A stretch of DNA of 64,000 bases from an uncultured Chthonomonadaceae bacterium. Lineage in GTDB: Bacteria > Armatimonadota > Chthonomonadetes > Chthonomonadales > Chthonomonadaceae. The translations under genes and the position numbers were made by a program. Location: positions 29,898 through 93,897 of the forward strand of contig CAWIEK010000065.1 in assembly GCA_963835065.1 (NCBI GenBank), written 5' to 3'. The notes under the pieces were generated by a model. That model saw only the letters and a list, made by a program, of their open reading frames with translations. It searched no databases and was not told the origin of the DNA. This document shows, in pieces, positions 40,490-51,247 of the stretch. How positions within the stretch are numbered: the stretch's first letter is position 1; each line of letters starts with the position of its first letter.

Positions 40490-41389
40490 TTAACTCAAAC
40501 TGAACTGCTCCATGCGCTTGTTGACGATTTTGAACTGTACCACCGTTACCGCCAGGATGAGCAGAAACAGCACATACGCCTGCGCCGATGCCTGTCCCGC
40601 ATGGAATTGCCGCCAGGCCGCGTTGTAGATATGGTAGCCGACAACATCGGTATGGCGCACCGGTCCGCCCTTTGTCATCATGTATATCGGCGTAAAAATC
40701 TGGAACGCGCTGATGGAGGACGTGACAAGAATAAAGAACGTAGTCGGCAGCAGCAGGGGAACCGTGACATAGCGAAACTGCGCCCACTTTGCCGCCCCGT
40801 CTACGGATGCCGCCTCGTACAGCGATTCGGGAATGCCGGCCAATCCCGCCAGAAACAGCACCATGCGCGGCCCCAACCCCGTCCAGATGCTCATAAAGAT
40901 CAGGGCGGGCATCGCCCAAACCGTGCTTTGCAGCCAATCCGTTTGCGCCGCCTGCTTCCAGCCCATTGCGTTCAGCAGGCTGTCGAGCAGGCCGTGTTCC
41001 GGCAGGTAAATAAACGTCCAGACCATCGAAATAGCCACTGCCGAGGACACGGCGGGCAGATAATACAGGGTACGGAAAAACGCGGTTCCGCGCAGTTTTT
41101 GATGTACCAGAACGGCCACGCCAAGCGCGACAACCATCCCTAAAGGTACGCTGCCAACCGCAAAATAAGCGGAGTTCTTCAGCGCGTTCCAGAACAGCGG
41201 GTCATGCCACAGGAGCGCGTAATTGCCCAACCCGACAAACGGCTTCTGTTCTTTCAGCACGTCCCACTTGTGGAGGCTGAGGTAGAACGCAAATAAAATC
41301 GGAAAGAGGACGAAAACAGCAAGGTGCAGAAACGACGGCAGGATAAACAGCCATCCCGCTTGTGTTCGCAGTTTCGCTTTCACTTTCAT
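40490..41389 (-). CDS. Carbohydrate ABC transporter permease (MalF-like)
   Basis: FVGLGNY, LYEAASVDGA, MTKGGP. Confidence 0.93.
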   Translation of the reverse strand: MKVKAKLRTQAGWLFILPSFLHLAVFVLFPILFAFYLSLHKWDVLKEQKPFVGLGNYALLWHDPLFWNALKNSAYFAVGSVPLGMVVALGVAVLVHQKLRGTAFFRTLYYLPAVSSAVAISMVWTFIYLPEHGLLDSLLNAMGWKQAAQTDWLQSTVWAMPALIFMSIWTGLGPRMVLFLAGLAGIPESLYEAASVDGAAKWAQFRYVTVPLLLPTTFFILVTSSISAFQIFTPIYMMTKGGPVRHTDVVGYHIYNAAWRQFHAGQASAQAYVLFLLILAVTVVQFKIVNKRMEQFSLS

Positions 41390-42705
41390 TCAGCCCCCAA
41401 TTCCGCATCAATGCGTTTTGCGGCTTCACGGGAAGCGTTTGCGACTGGCGTATGCCCGACTAAAATCTGCTCCATCATTTCTTTGCCGATGTCTTCCACC
41501 TGCGCGTAGTTTTCAATTCGCGCGCCCCAGGGCGCGATGCCGTAGCGAACGTTGTCCAGAAAGGCCGGTTCGAGGGGCGTACTCTGGCGGCGCGATTCGG
41601 CAATCCGGCGGTTGGCGGAAATGCCGATGCCCAATTCGGCTTTTTTGCGCTGCACGAACGGCCCGGACAGGAATTTGATGTACTCCCATGTTTCCTGCGG
41701 GTGTTTGCAATGCCGCGTCATGGCGTAGCCCGCTTCGTACAAGACCGTAATGCGCTTATGGTTTTGCGGCAGGCCGACCACGCCTACGTCGGCCAGTTTC
41801 AGGGTTTCGCTGGCTTTCAGGCCGACAAGGTTCCAGTGCCCGCTGATTTGCATGGCGACAAGGCCGGACTCAAATGGGTTCGCGCCCTGCGCCTGCGCCT
41901 GCGACAGGGAAGGAGCCAACCCGTCGCGCACAAGGCCGGCAAAAAATTCCAGCGCTTCCTGCGTGGCCGGGCTGTCCAGCGCGCCTTCGGCCTGTTTACC
42001 GTCAGGCGTCAGCACATCCCCGCCGTTCTGCCATACCCATGTAATCCAGCCGGGCATCCAGTTCTCCACCTGAAAGCCGTACTGCGCGGGGTGCAGGGAA
42101 CCGGGCGGGCGCAGGGTCAGTTTCTCACAGGCGCGTCGAAAATCCTGCCATGTCCAGCCATCCTGCGGATAGGGAATCCCTGCCCGGTCAAACAGGCGCT
42201 TGTTGTAATACAGCATCATGGGCGTGAAATCGGCGGGAAGGGCGTAAATGTGTTCGTTCCTGCGCGCCATGTCCAGCACATTGGGGTAATACACAGTCCA
42301 ATCGAAATGCTCGGCCTGGGCAAAGGGAGTCAGATCGCGCAGGGTGTTGTTGGCGATAAAGGCGGCTGCGGAACTGGCGTCCAGCGTCATCATGTCCGGT
42401 TCCGTGCCCGCCACAAACGCCGTCAGCATCTTGGACACGTACTCGTCGCTGCCGGGAATATGCTCCTGCGCGATATGTATGTCGGGGTGCAGGCGCGTCC
42501 ATTCTGCCTGCACATCCTGCTCGAAACGGCTCATCGCCGGGTCGGAAGACGCCCCGCCCCAATCCGCAACGTGCAGGGTTACGCCCTCTGTAGTATGCGC
42601 CGAACCCGCGCCACGATTGCAGGCCGTGCCCGCCAACATCAGCGGCAGGCAAAATGCCAACAGGCACAGGCATTGATTGAAATACGGGTGACGAGGAAAG
42701 TTCAT
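41386..42705 (-). CDS. Sugar ABC transporter substrate-binding lipoprotein
   Basis: Lipobox-like AGTAC, YALP, LYYNKRLF..AGIPYP...WTW.DF. Confidence 0.92.
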   Translation of the reverse strand: MNFPRHPYFNQCLCLLAFCLPLMLAGTACNRGAGSAHTTEGVTLHVADWGGASSDPAMSRFEQDVQAEWTRLHPDIHIAQEHIPGSDEYVSKMLTAFVAGTEPDMMTLDASSAAAFIANNTLRDLTPFAQAEHFDWTVYYPNVLDMARRNEHIYALPADFTPMMLYYNKRLFDRAGIPYPQDGWTWQDFRRACEKLTLRPPGSLHPAQYGFQVENWMPGWITWVWQNGGDVLTPDGKQAEGALDSPATQEALEFFAGLVRDGLAPSLSQAQAQGANPFESGLVAMQISGHWNLVGLKASETLKLADVGVVGLPQNHKRITVLYEAGYAMTRHCKHPQETWEYIKFLSGPFVQRKKAELGIGISANRRIAESRRQSTPLEPAFLDNVRYGIAPWGARIENYAQVEDIGKEMMEQILVGHTPVANASREAAKRIDAELGAE

Positions 42706-42874
42706 CGGAAAGTGTTACGTTTCTAAAGTGATTGCCTGCTGAGTTTGCAGACAACCGGCGCATTCAATGCGTACAATAAACATTGGTTTTACCGATAATG
42801 CGGGGAACATCAACCCTTTTCCTGCCTGAAGCAAATGTAAACAAGCCTAAATATAAAATTAACAGGATTTAACT

Positions 42875-44080
42875 GTGACGACCGGCAGCCATAACAACGA
42901 AATTACGTCCGGCAGCGACGCGGTGGGACTGCCTTCTCCCGCCGACGCGCCGCCCCGGTACGAGGGCGAACACGCCATTATTGAAGCCGCGCGGCGCGTC
43001 GGTGAATCCACGCTTGGCCCCAACGCGCAGGAAGCGGATCGCGCGCCCGGCCCATTGCTGCCCAACATGCGCGCGCTTGCCGACGCGGGGTTGTTGGGAA
43101 TGAGCCTGCCACGCGAATACGGCGGGCTGGACGCAAGCGGGCCGACGCAGCGCGAGGTGACGGAAGTTCTGGCCTCGTATTGCGGCGTGACCACGTTTAC
43201 GCAGGCGCAGCATCACGGCCCGTCGCGCATGATCTGCAACGGCCACAACCAGCAATTGAAGGACGCGCTGCTGCCCGATCTGGCGCGCGGCGTTCGGATG
43301 TGCGCCGTATCGTTTGCGCACCTGCGGCGTCCCGGTCCGCCCATTTTGCGCGCCGAACCCGCAGACGGCGGCTACCGCTTGAACGGCACGAACCCCTGGG
43401 TCACGGGCTGGGGCTTGATGACACAGGTGGTGATGGGCGCGACCTTGCCGGACGGGCGCTTTGTGTACGTGTGGGTTCCCGGCAGCCGCCATGATTTTCC
43501 CAATTTATTTGCCGACGCTATGCCCCCGAACGGCGAATGGGGCGAACTGCGCGCGTCCGCGCCCCTGGCTTTGTGCGCCATGAACGCTTCGGCAACGGTA
43601 GAACTGGTTTGCGACAACCTGTTCGTTCCTTCCGCGCATAAGTTATCCGAATCGGATCGGGAAACCTTGCAGCGCAATGACCGCAATGGCGTTTTGGGCG
43701 CGACGGCTATGCCCATCGGCTGCGCTATGGGCAGCATCCGCCTGCTGTGCGCCACGCAGGAGCGCCGCCCGCTTCCCGCCATCAGCCGCGCCGCCCAATC
43801 GTTTGCGCGCGAACTCGACGATGTACGGGCGCAGATACGCGAACGCAATAGCCGCAGCAGCGAGCCGGAATTTTTTGCCCATGCCGTCGCCCTGCGCGCG
43901 CATGTGATAGACCTTGCCGTTCGCGCCGCCCATGCCGCCGTCGCTTCCAACAGCGGCGGAGCCAACAATCTGTCGCACCCCGCGCAGCGATTATACCGCG
44001 AAGCCATGTTTTATACGATTCAAGCGCAAACGACGGATGTTATGGACGCCACGCTTGTCCGCCTGGAACGCCCTGCTTAG
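42875..44080 (+). CDS. Acyl-CoA dehydrogenase family flavoprotein
   Basis: GLLG..LPREYGG, GGYRLNG..PWVTG, HPAQRLYREA. Confidence 0.88.
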   Translation: MTTGSHNNEITSGSDAVGLPSPADAPPRYEGEHAIIEAARRVGESTLGPNAQEADRAPGPLLPNMRALADAGLLGMSLPREYGGLDASGPTQREVTEVLASYCGVTTFTQAQHHGPSRMICNGHNQQLKDALLPDLARGVRMCAVSFAHLRRPGPPILRAEPADGGYRLNGTNPWVTGWGLMTQVVMGATLPDGRFVYVWVPGSRHDFPNLFADAMPPNGEWGELRASAPLALCAMNASATVELVCDNLFVPSAHKLSESDRETLQRNDRNGVLGATAMPIGCAMGSIRLLCATQERRPLPAISRAAQSFARELDDVRAQIRERNSRSSEPEFFAHAVALRAHVIDLAVRAAHAAVASNSGGANNLSHPAQRLYREAMFYTIQAQTTDVMDATLVRLERPA

Positions 44081-44275
44081 AGCCACTTCCCATAGGCCGG
44101 GTACTGAAAGTACCCGGCAGGAAAGTGCAAGCGTCCTGCGGACGCGGATTCCTGAATACAAAGGGTTGCGTCCGCAGGAATCTTCCTACAGAATTGCGTC
44201 CGTAGGAAGCGGGAATCTTAATGTAGAAAATGCGTTTCTGAGACGCATTGGCCGCGCCTGTTGGGAGTAGGGCTT
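44078..44275. repeat. REP/MITE-like element
   Basis: Hairpin gccgggtac-tgaaa-gtacccggc followed by aggaaagtgcaagcgtcc.gcggacgc; matches the 36611-36667 core in reverse. Confidence 0.65.
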
Positions 44276-44950
44276 GCCTGTGCGCCGTAAGGGTCCATCA
44301 ATTTCTGCCTTCCCGAATTAGCGGAAAGCCCGGCCTTTGCCGACGGGAAGTGGGGGAAGCAAAGGATGAGAAGATAAGGATGAAGGATGAGGATATGCAG
44401 AAAAAAGAAAGTATGTAGAGGCATCGTCGAAATCTTGGCAATACAGCGCTTCCAGCCCGATGTCTCGTTGTGTCAAATTGTAGGAGAGAGGCGTTGTGAC
44501 CTCGTGAGCGTCAGGGCGAACGGGAGAGTACAGGCATCTTCTTGCGCCTCCTTTCCTGTATGGAAAATAGCTCTCAACGCCCGCCCCTTCTCCCAAAAAT
44601 GCCTGGGAGAAGGGGAGTCAGTTCTTTTCATGCGCAAAGGTGAACGGAATTCATGTGGGTTGTTTGGATTGTACCCATCGGTTGTATAGCGCCTGCCTGC
44701 ATAGTAGACATATTATAGTAGACAGTTATATCCTATAGACGACGGGGTAGGGCAAAGGGTTCGCTGTTTTCGCGGTATTTTGCTCTTTTTTTCTGACTTT
44801 TTTGCGGGATTGTTGCTGCCGGCATTATGCGGGAACGGGGAGAGGGCTGAACTAAGGGTTCGTACATCTATTCCTTGCCGACGGAGGCGAGATGTTGTGC
44901 TTCTGCGTTCGGAAAGTTACGATTTTACAGATTTTTAGTAAGGAAAAGAA

Positions 44951-45400
44951 ATGACAGTTACGCTCGACTTACACCCTGAAGTAGAAGCCGTCGTTGCCGC
45001 GCAAATGCCACCTGCTGTAAAGTTCAACCTTTATGATCTGGTAAAGGTTAAAAGGGGAGTAGAGTGCTTCACCGCTGTTGTGATTGATTATACCTTTCGT
45101 TGGAAAGATGATACTTGCCAAGAAAGTGAAATGGTTTATATCATTTCTACGCTGACAGGAGAGACGCTGGAAGTTTCGTCAGAAGAGATTGAACAAATAG
45201 GCTGCCTTACGCCGCCATTTCAGGTAGGGCAGAGCGTAGCCATCCGTGCTGACGAGTTGCAACATCCAGTTCTAAATGGAAAGATTGGGACTATCCAAGG
45301 CTTTTCATGGAACCCTCAAACGAATCAATGGGGCTTCGCGGTTGGTTTCTCAAATGAGAAAACGTGGTTTTTCATAGAGAGCGATCTGAAGGAGGTATGA
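44951..45400 (+). CDS. Putative immunity protein (Imm31-like SH3-type repeats)
   Basis: F..G..V.I....LNGKIG.I.G.S....WGFAV.....W...ESDL; AT-rich codons; next to an Rhs fragment. Confidence 0.5.
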   Translation: MTVTLDLHPEVEAVVAAQMPPAVKFNLYDLVKVKRGVECFTAVVIDYTFRWKDDTCQESEMVYIISTLTGETLEVSSEEIEQIGCLTPPFQVGQSVAIRADELQHPVLNGKIGTIQGFSWNPQTNQWGFAVGFSNEKTWFFIESDLKEV

Positions 45401-45487
45401 AGTATCCTCATGTACACTGCGGCGAAATGCTCTGGTAGTTACGCCGCGAGTGTCTTGCCTTAAAACACTCTAACAAAAATCCTGGGA

Positions 45488-45700
45488 TTGAACTTTCCCA
45501 ACAGGGCGGTCAACACGTTCCAGTACAACGGCGAAGACTTGCGTACGCAGAAGGTGGACAGTGGGGGCGCGAAGAACTATGTTTGTGACGGCACAAGCCC
45601 GGCAAGCGCGGTTCTCACAGACGGAAACGCCGTGTACACGCCCGGTTTATCGGAGAGAAGGGGAAGCGCGAGCAAGTTCCTGCATACGGACGCGCTTAGT
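45488..45700 (+). pseudogene. Rhs/YD core fragment
   Basis: NTFQYNGEDLRTQKVDSGG...DG....VLTDG.AVYTPGLSERR....FLHTDAL, truncated before the core motif. Confidence 0.75.
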
Positions 45701-45715
45701 AGGAAGAAGATAGCC

Positions 45716-45934
45716 ATGCCTAAAATGAGTGATCTTCAAGTAAACTTGCACATGGCTTTGTTGGGCTTATGCGCTTTGGGCGCAATCCTGTGCTTACTTG
45801 TGGGAAACTTGACAAGAAGGCGAATGTCGACGGCATCTGCAAGGCTCTATTGGGGTCTTTTCTTTGGCGGTTTGCTTGCAGCAACCTTGTATCTGCTATT
45901 CACCGGCACATCAGCAAACGGCTTTTTGGATTAG
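45716..45934 (+). CDS. Small two-TM hypothetical protein
   Basis: MPKMSDL... with two hydrophobic segments, in frame after the Rhs fragment. Confidence 0.5.
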   Translation: MPKMSDLQVNLHMALLGLCALGAILCLLVGNLTRRRMSTASARLYWGLFFGGLLAATLYLLFTGTSANGFLD

Positions 45935-46067
45935 TTTCGCGCTAAACGCTCAGAGAGCGCTTAATTGAACCATTTTTTACCTTGTTGCCGGACATTCCTG
46001 CCGGTTACGCGGCATGATGACAGTGGATTGTCAACAAATAGCTCTGGCTGTGGAAAGTTGGAAATTT

Positions 46068-46667
46068 ATGCCTGTTTTAACGGTTGCTTACGATGTGATT
46101 TGTCCCTGGTGCTGGGTGGCGTGGCGGCAGGCTGCGCGGCTGCAGCAGGAGTTTCCCACGCTGACGTTCCGGTGGGTCGGCTATGAACTGCTGCCCGAAG
46201 GGCTGGAATACACGCCCGCGCCGCCCGATCCGAACGCCGACAAAAAGCCGCGCGTTCCGTCCCGCTTTGAACTGCTGCTGGCGGCGGATGGCCTGACTAT
46301 ACCCAAACGAACGCGCTCGTTTTCCCGCTCCCGCCGCGCCCTGGAAGGAACCGAGTTCGCTTATGAAGCGGGCAAGGCCGATGCGTACCTGGACGCGCTG
46401 TACCACGCCTATTGGGAAGAAGACCGCGACATCAGCGACCTGGCGACCCTGACCGAAATCGCCGAACAAGCCGGGTTGGACGCTGCCGCGTTTGTCAACG
46501 CCCTGGAACAGCGTACCTATTGTGACCGCATCGTTGAGTACGACGATCCCGCCCATGCCAAAGGCGTGTGGAACGTGCCGACGTGGATGTTCCCGGAAGA
46601 ATGGGTTGCCGAGCAGCCCTATTCCACGTTACGGGAAATGGCCGCGCGGTTTGTGCAGGCCGGTTAG
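46068..46667 (+). CDS. DsbA/FrnE-like thioredoxin-fold protein
   Basis: DVICPWCW, YELLPE, AYWEE..DI.D, GVWNVPT. Confidence 0.88.
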   Translation: MPVLTVAYDVICPWCWVAWRQAARLQQEFPTLTFRWVGYELLPEGLEYTPAPPDPNADKKPRVPSRFELLLAADGLTIPKRTRSFSRSRRALEGTEFAYEAGKADAYLDALYHAYWEEDRDISDLATLTEIAEQAGLDAAAFVNALEQRTYCDRIVEYDDPAHAKGVWNVPTWMFPEEWVAEQPYSTLREMAARFVQAG

Positions 46668-47001
46668 CCGCGTATCCTGCCTGAGCAGTTGATAGTTGAT
46701 AGTTTGTAGTTGATAGCGATGCAGGAAGTACGAACTTTCCTCTTACACACTGAATATTTAACGCCTAACACTTCGCGGCTTCCGCTTCTTGTTACCCCAA
46801 AATCTACTGGTTTTTGCCGCCGACACCGCCAACATCTATAATGGCGGTGTTTTTTCTTTTTTCAGCCCCTCCATTTCTAAAAGAACCTGCCGACAATTAG
46901 GCAACTCGTCGCTTGCGGGGCATTGTCGTTCCGTCTGCTGTTCGCAACGCTCCGCGCGTTCTCCTTCAAAAGAAGGGGTTGTCCAAAGAAAGTGTTGTAC
47001 C

Positions 47002-48329
47002 ATGATGCACAACAACAAGCGCAGACCGGGTTTCGTTTTAGGTCTTGCCGCTTTCACCCTGCTGCTTGCCGCCTGGCTGCTGTTTCCTGTCGCCGTCTCG
47101 CCGGAGGGCCGTCTTGTTTTTGAATTATTGTGGGCCGGCTTTTGCACCCTGCCCGCCTTCTGCTACTACCGCCTGATGCGCAAATCCGCGCGCCGCGAAG
47201 CCATTGTGCAGACGGAAGAGCAGGCGCGCGCCCGCCTGGTGGCGATTCTGGAAGCCACGCCCGATCTGGTCGCCATCAACGACATTGACGGCAAAATTTG
47301 TTATTTGAATCAGGCCGGGCGCAAGATGCTGGGGCTGGAAGACGCGCCTTCCATTCCCACCGGCCCCGACCTCGCCTCGCTGCCGGGCGTGGACGCTTCC
47401 GAAGTCGCCGATGATCTGTTCCCCATCGGCCTGGAAGAAGGCTCTTTCAGCAGCGAAAAGACTTTGAACCTGGGGCCTGAACGCCAACTTTCCGTTTCGC
47501 AGGTGGTCATTGCCCACAAGGGCGACGACGGCAAACTGAACTTTCTGTCTACCATTGCCCGCGACATCACGGAGCGCAAGCAGTTGGAAGCGCAGATGCA
47601 GCAGCAGCTGACGACCATCCGCGAACAAAAAGACGCGCTGGAACACCAGAAAGCAACCCTGGAACAGCAGCAGGCAGAACTGGTACGCCATCAATCAGAA
47701 CTGGAACGCCATCAAGCGGAGTTGGAACGCAATCAGGCGGAATTGGAAGCCGCCAATGCTCAAATCGCCAAGTCGTACGATGAACTGGAAGAAAAAATCG
47801 CGTTCTCAGTACGCTGGCAACAACGGACGGTTTGACCGGGCTGCTCAACCACCGCATGTTTCAGCAAAAACTGGCCGAGGAATTCGAGCGGAGCGGGCGT
47901 TATCACACCTCTCTGTCGCTGATGCTTGTGGACGTGGACAAATTCAAGCAGTTCAACGACACCTACGGCCACCCGGCAGGCGATCAGGTGTTGAAGCAAG
48001 TGGCAACGGTGCTGCAAAGCGCGGCCCGCGGCACTGACTGGGTAGCGCGTTATGGGGGCGAAGAATTCGTCCTCATTCTGCCGGAAACCAACGAGGCCGG
48101 CGCGCTCGAAGCGGCAGAGCGCATCCGTTCCGCCATCGAAGAAGCCGCATGGCCTAATCGTCCCGTTACCATCAGCGTAGGCGTTGCCTCCATGCGGCTG
48201 AACACGGACAGTCCCGCCATGCTGATCGCCGAAGCCGACCAAGCCATGTACGTCAGCAAAGAGTTCGGGCGCAACCGCGTCACGCACCATGGCGCGCTGA
48301 TGGATGCGTTTGTGCAAAGTAGTCAGTAG
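47002..48329 (+). CDS. Membrane PAS plus coiled-coil diguanylate cyclase (GGEEF); apparent frameshift at the A run ~47792-47797
   Basis: Two TM segments, PAS (ILEATPDLV...ARDITERK), heptad repeats, TDGLTGLLN, DVDKFK.FNDTYGH.AGD, RYGGEEF. Confidence 0.88.
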
Positions 48330-48440
48330 TGAGGGGACAGTAGTCAGTAGTCAGTAGTCAGTAGAAATTTCCACTACTATTCCTTTAGCAGAAGAAGTAA
48401 GAGAGTAACAGCACGGTTTTCTACTGACTACTGACTACTT
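48318..48440. repeat. Inverted pair of (AGTAGTC)n heptamer arrays
   Basis: agtagtcagtagtcagtagtcagtag ... ctactgactactgactact between convergent genes. Confidence 0.85.
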
Positions 48441-48445
48441 CCTCC

Positions 48446-49922
48446 TCACTCCTTCCACGGAAACAAATCCGGCGGCTCATTGTCGAATTGCGGTTCCAGT
48501 GGCAGGGGGTGCAGGGCGCGGGTCGTGTCCACATAGAGAAAAGCGTCGTAGCGGTCGGGCAGAATTGTAGGCACATAGTTGCCCCATCGCTCGTAATCCG
48601 GGTTGTACACGACGCCCACAGCGCGATGGCCGCGTTTCTCCCGCGCTAAATCGGGCGCGTTGTCGAGCAGCAGCAGTTTGCTGCGCGCTTCCGCCTGCCG
48701 CAAAACCGCTTCCCAACTGCCCTCGCGCGCCGGGGGCAGGCGCATCCGCTCCCAATCCGCGCCCCACGAACGCCCCGCGATCAGGCTGCCCTCGTAGGAA
48801 CCGAACCCGACAATCACCACGTCTTCCGGGCGGTGCTGTTCCCGTACCAACTGCCCTATGTTGAGCATGCCCTCTTCGGCCATATCGGTAGCGCGGGCGT
48901 CGCCGATGTGCGTGTTATGCTCCCACACAATGGCTTTGACAGGACGGCTTTCAGACTGCGCGCTGCTCATCTGCATCGCGCTTGTTGGTGAGGACGAACC
49001 GCCAACCTGTGTAGGCGCATTATTGGGCTGCATAGGTATGTCGCTTGCTTGCGCGGATGAGTCGCCTGCCTGCACGGATGAGTTGCTTGCCTGTGCCGCG
49101 TGGAAGCGCATCAGGCGTTCCAGTGTTTCGTACATGTGCGTGTCGCGCAGGTTCCACGAAATCGGGACCGCCCTGCATCATGGTACGGTAGTACGCTTCC
49201 GCGCCCCGAACCACGAGCGCGTTTTGCTCCGCCACAAAATGCGCTTCCTGTTCCTCGCGGGCCGCGCCGGGAACCTGACGACGCAGGGCGAGCAGCAAGT
49301 CCGCCACTTCATCTCGGCACGTTTCCGGCACGAACGAGTCGGTTGCGCGGGCGTAGCGATGCTCGTCACGATGGTAGGGTTCAAAACATTGATAAGCGCG
49401 GCGGGCCGCTTCCGCCGCCTGCCCATCCTGCTGTTCCACATAATGCAGAACCCCCTCCAGCGATTCCCACAGACTGTACACATCCAAACCGTAGAACCCC
49501 ACTTTTGCCGCCGGAGGCAAATTGGCGTTGTAGCCGCGCAGCCATTCCGTCAGCGCGACGATTTCCCAGTTGCCCCACATCCACGTCGGCCAGCGCCGAT
49601 AGTCTGCCAGCACGGCCCGCGCCGAAGTTCCGCACTCGCTGTAATTTTTGACGTACCTGTTTATGCAGTAGCAGTGCGGCCAATCGCCTTCCACGCCAAC
49701 AAATGTAAACCCTTTTTCCGCAATCAGCCTTTGCGTCAGCCACATCCGCCAGACATAATACTCCGACGTGCCGTGCGAGGCTTCGCCCAGCAGCACGTAC
49801 CGCGCATCGCCAATCCGTTCCATCAGCGGATCAAGGTCAGCAGGGGTTGCCAGTGGCCTGCCCTGCCGCGCGCACCATTGCGCCAGTTCCGCATCATGTT
49901 TGGTTGCTAACGTAAACGACAT
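48446..49922 (-). CDS. Erythromycin esterase family protein; apparent frameshift ~49165
   Basis: VLLGEASHGT.EYY, VEGDWP, RWPTWMW.N, GFYGLDVYSL, WN.RD.HM, IVWEHNTHIGDARAT, RAVGVVY. Confidence 0.88.
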
Positions 49923-50159
49923 TGTTTCCCCTCCGCTTCCTATCAGAAAAACACCGAGCAGCAACGATAACCAATGTCATACTCTCACGTATAACCTTTG
50001 ACCTAAAAACGCGCGAGAGCATCGTTCCTGCTCTTTTGTTATTGATCGGCTGGAACTTTCCCGCGCCAGCATCAATAAAGATGTTAGTAAAACAGATTTT
50101 CCAGCAGCAGTGACGCGCCGCAGTCGTTGGACCGTCATTGTAAGGAGCCGCAGAGACTT

Positions 50160-51245
50160 ATGAGCGACAGAAAAATCCGCGTTGCCCTGATCGGCGTCGG
50201 CAACTGTGCCTCCTCGCTGGTACAGGGCGTGGAATTTTATAAAAACGCCAGCGAAACCGATTTTGTTCCCGGCCTGATGCACGTCAATTTGGGCGGCTAC
50301 CATATTCGCGACATCGAGTTTTCCGCCGCTTTCGACATCAATGTAAACAAAGTGGGCAAAGACCTGAGCGAAGCGATTTTCACCGCGCCCAACAACACGT
50401 ATCGCTTTTCGCCCGTTCCCCCGCTTGGCGTCCCGGTGCAGCGCGGCATGACGCTGGACGGATTGGGCAAGTATCTGCGCGACGTAATTGAGGAATCGCC
50501 GGAACCAACCGCAGACATTGCCCGCATCTTGAAGGAAACCCGCACGGATGTGGTTGTCTCTTACCTGCCCGTCGGCTCGGAAATGGCGACGCAGTGGTAC
50601 GTGGAGCAGATTCTGGCGGCGGGATGCGGATTTGTGAACTGTGTGCCCGTGTTTATCGCGTCGCAGGCGTGTTGGCGGCAGCGTTTTGCCGAACGCAACC
50701 TGCCCATCATCGGCGACGACATTAAATCACAGGTTGGCGCGACCATCACGCACCGCGTTTTAACGAACCTGTTCCGCGAGCGCGGCGTCCGGCTGGATCA
50801 CACGTACCAACTCAACTTCGGCGGGAACACGGACTTTATGAACATGCTGGAGCGCGAGCGGCTGGAATCCAAGAAAATCTCCAAAACCAATGCCGTCACG
50901 AGCCAGCTGGATTATCCCATGTCGAACGGCGACGCGCATGTCGGTCCAAGCGATTACGTGGAATGGCTTCAGGATCGCAAGTTCTGCTACATACGTATGG
51001 AAGGCACGACATTCGGCAACGTGCCGCTCAACTGCGAACTGAAGCTGGAAGTGTGGGACTCGCCCAATTCCGCCGGGGTTGTCATTGACGCCCTGCGCTG
51101 CATCAAGCTGGCCTTAGACCGCAGCATCGGCGGCGCATTAGACAGCCCCTCCAGCTACTTCATGAAAACGCCGCCCACCCAATTCACCGACAGCGACGCC
51201 CACGACCGGCTGGAAGCCTTTATACGGGGCGAAATTGACCGCTAA
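50160..51245 (+). CDS. ino1: Inositol-3-phosphate synthase
   Basis: [57 protein letters not shown]. Confidence 0.96.
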   Translation: MSDRKIRVALIGVGNCASSLVQGVEFYKNASETDFVPGLMHVNLGGYHIRDIEFSAAFDINVNKVGKDLSEAIFTAPNNTYRFSPVPPLGVPVQRGMTLDGLGKYLRDVIEESPEPTADIARILKETRTDVVVSYLPVGSEMATQWYVEQILAAGCGFVNCVPVFIASQACWRQRFAERNLPIIGDDIKSQVGATITHRVLTNLFRERGVRLDHTYQLNFGGNTDFMNMLERERLESKKISKTNAVTSQLDYPMSNGDAHVGPSDYVEWLQDRKFCYIRMEGTTFGNVPLNCELKLEVWDSPNSAGVVIDALRCIKLALDRSIGGALDSPSSYFMKTPPTQFTDSDAHDRLEAFIRGEIDR

Positions 51246-51247
51246 CC

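Noticed and set aside
46860..47000. c-di-GMP riboswitch upstream of the diguanylate cyclase
   Set aside because: The conserved GGCAAA/GAAA/GACGCAAA core is not present.
47790..47800. Programmed frameshift in the GGDEF gene
   Set aside because: More simply a homopolymer error, given the many similar breaks in the window.
48446..49922. Macrolide resistance gene
   Set aside because: It belongs to the broad esterase family; nothing indicates EreA/EreB specificity or a mobile resistance context.
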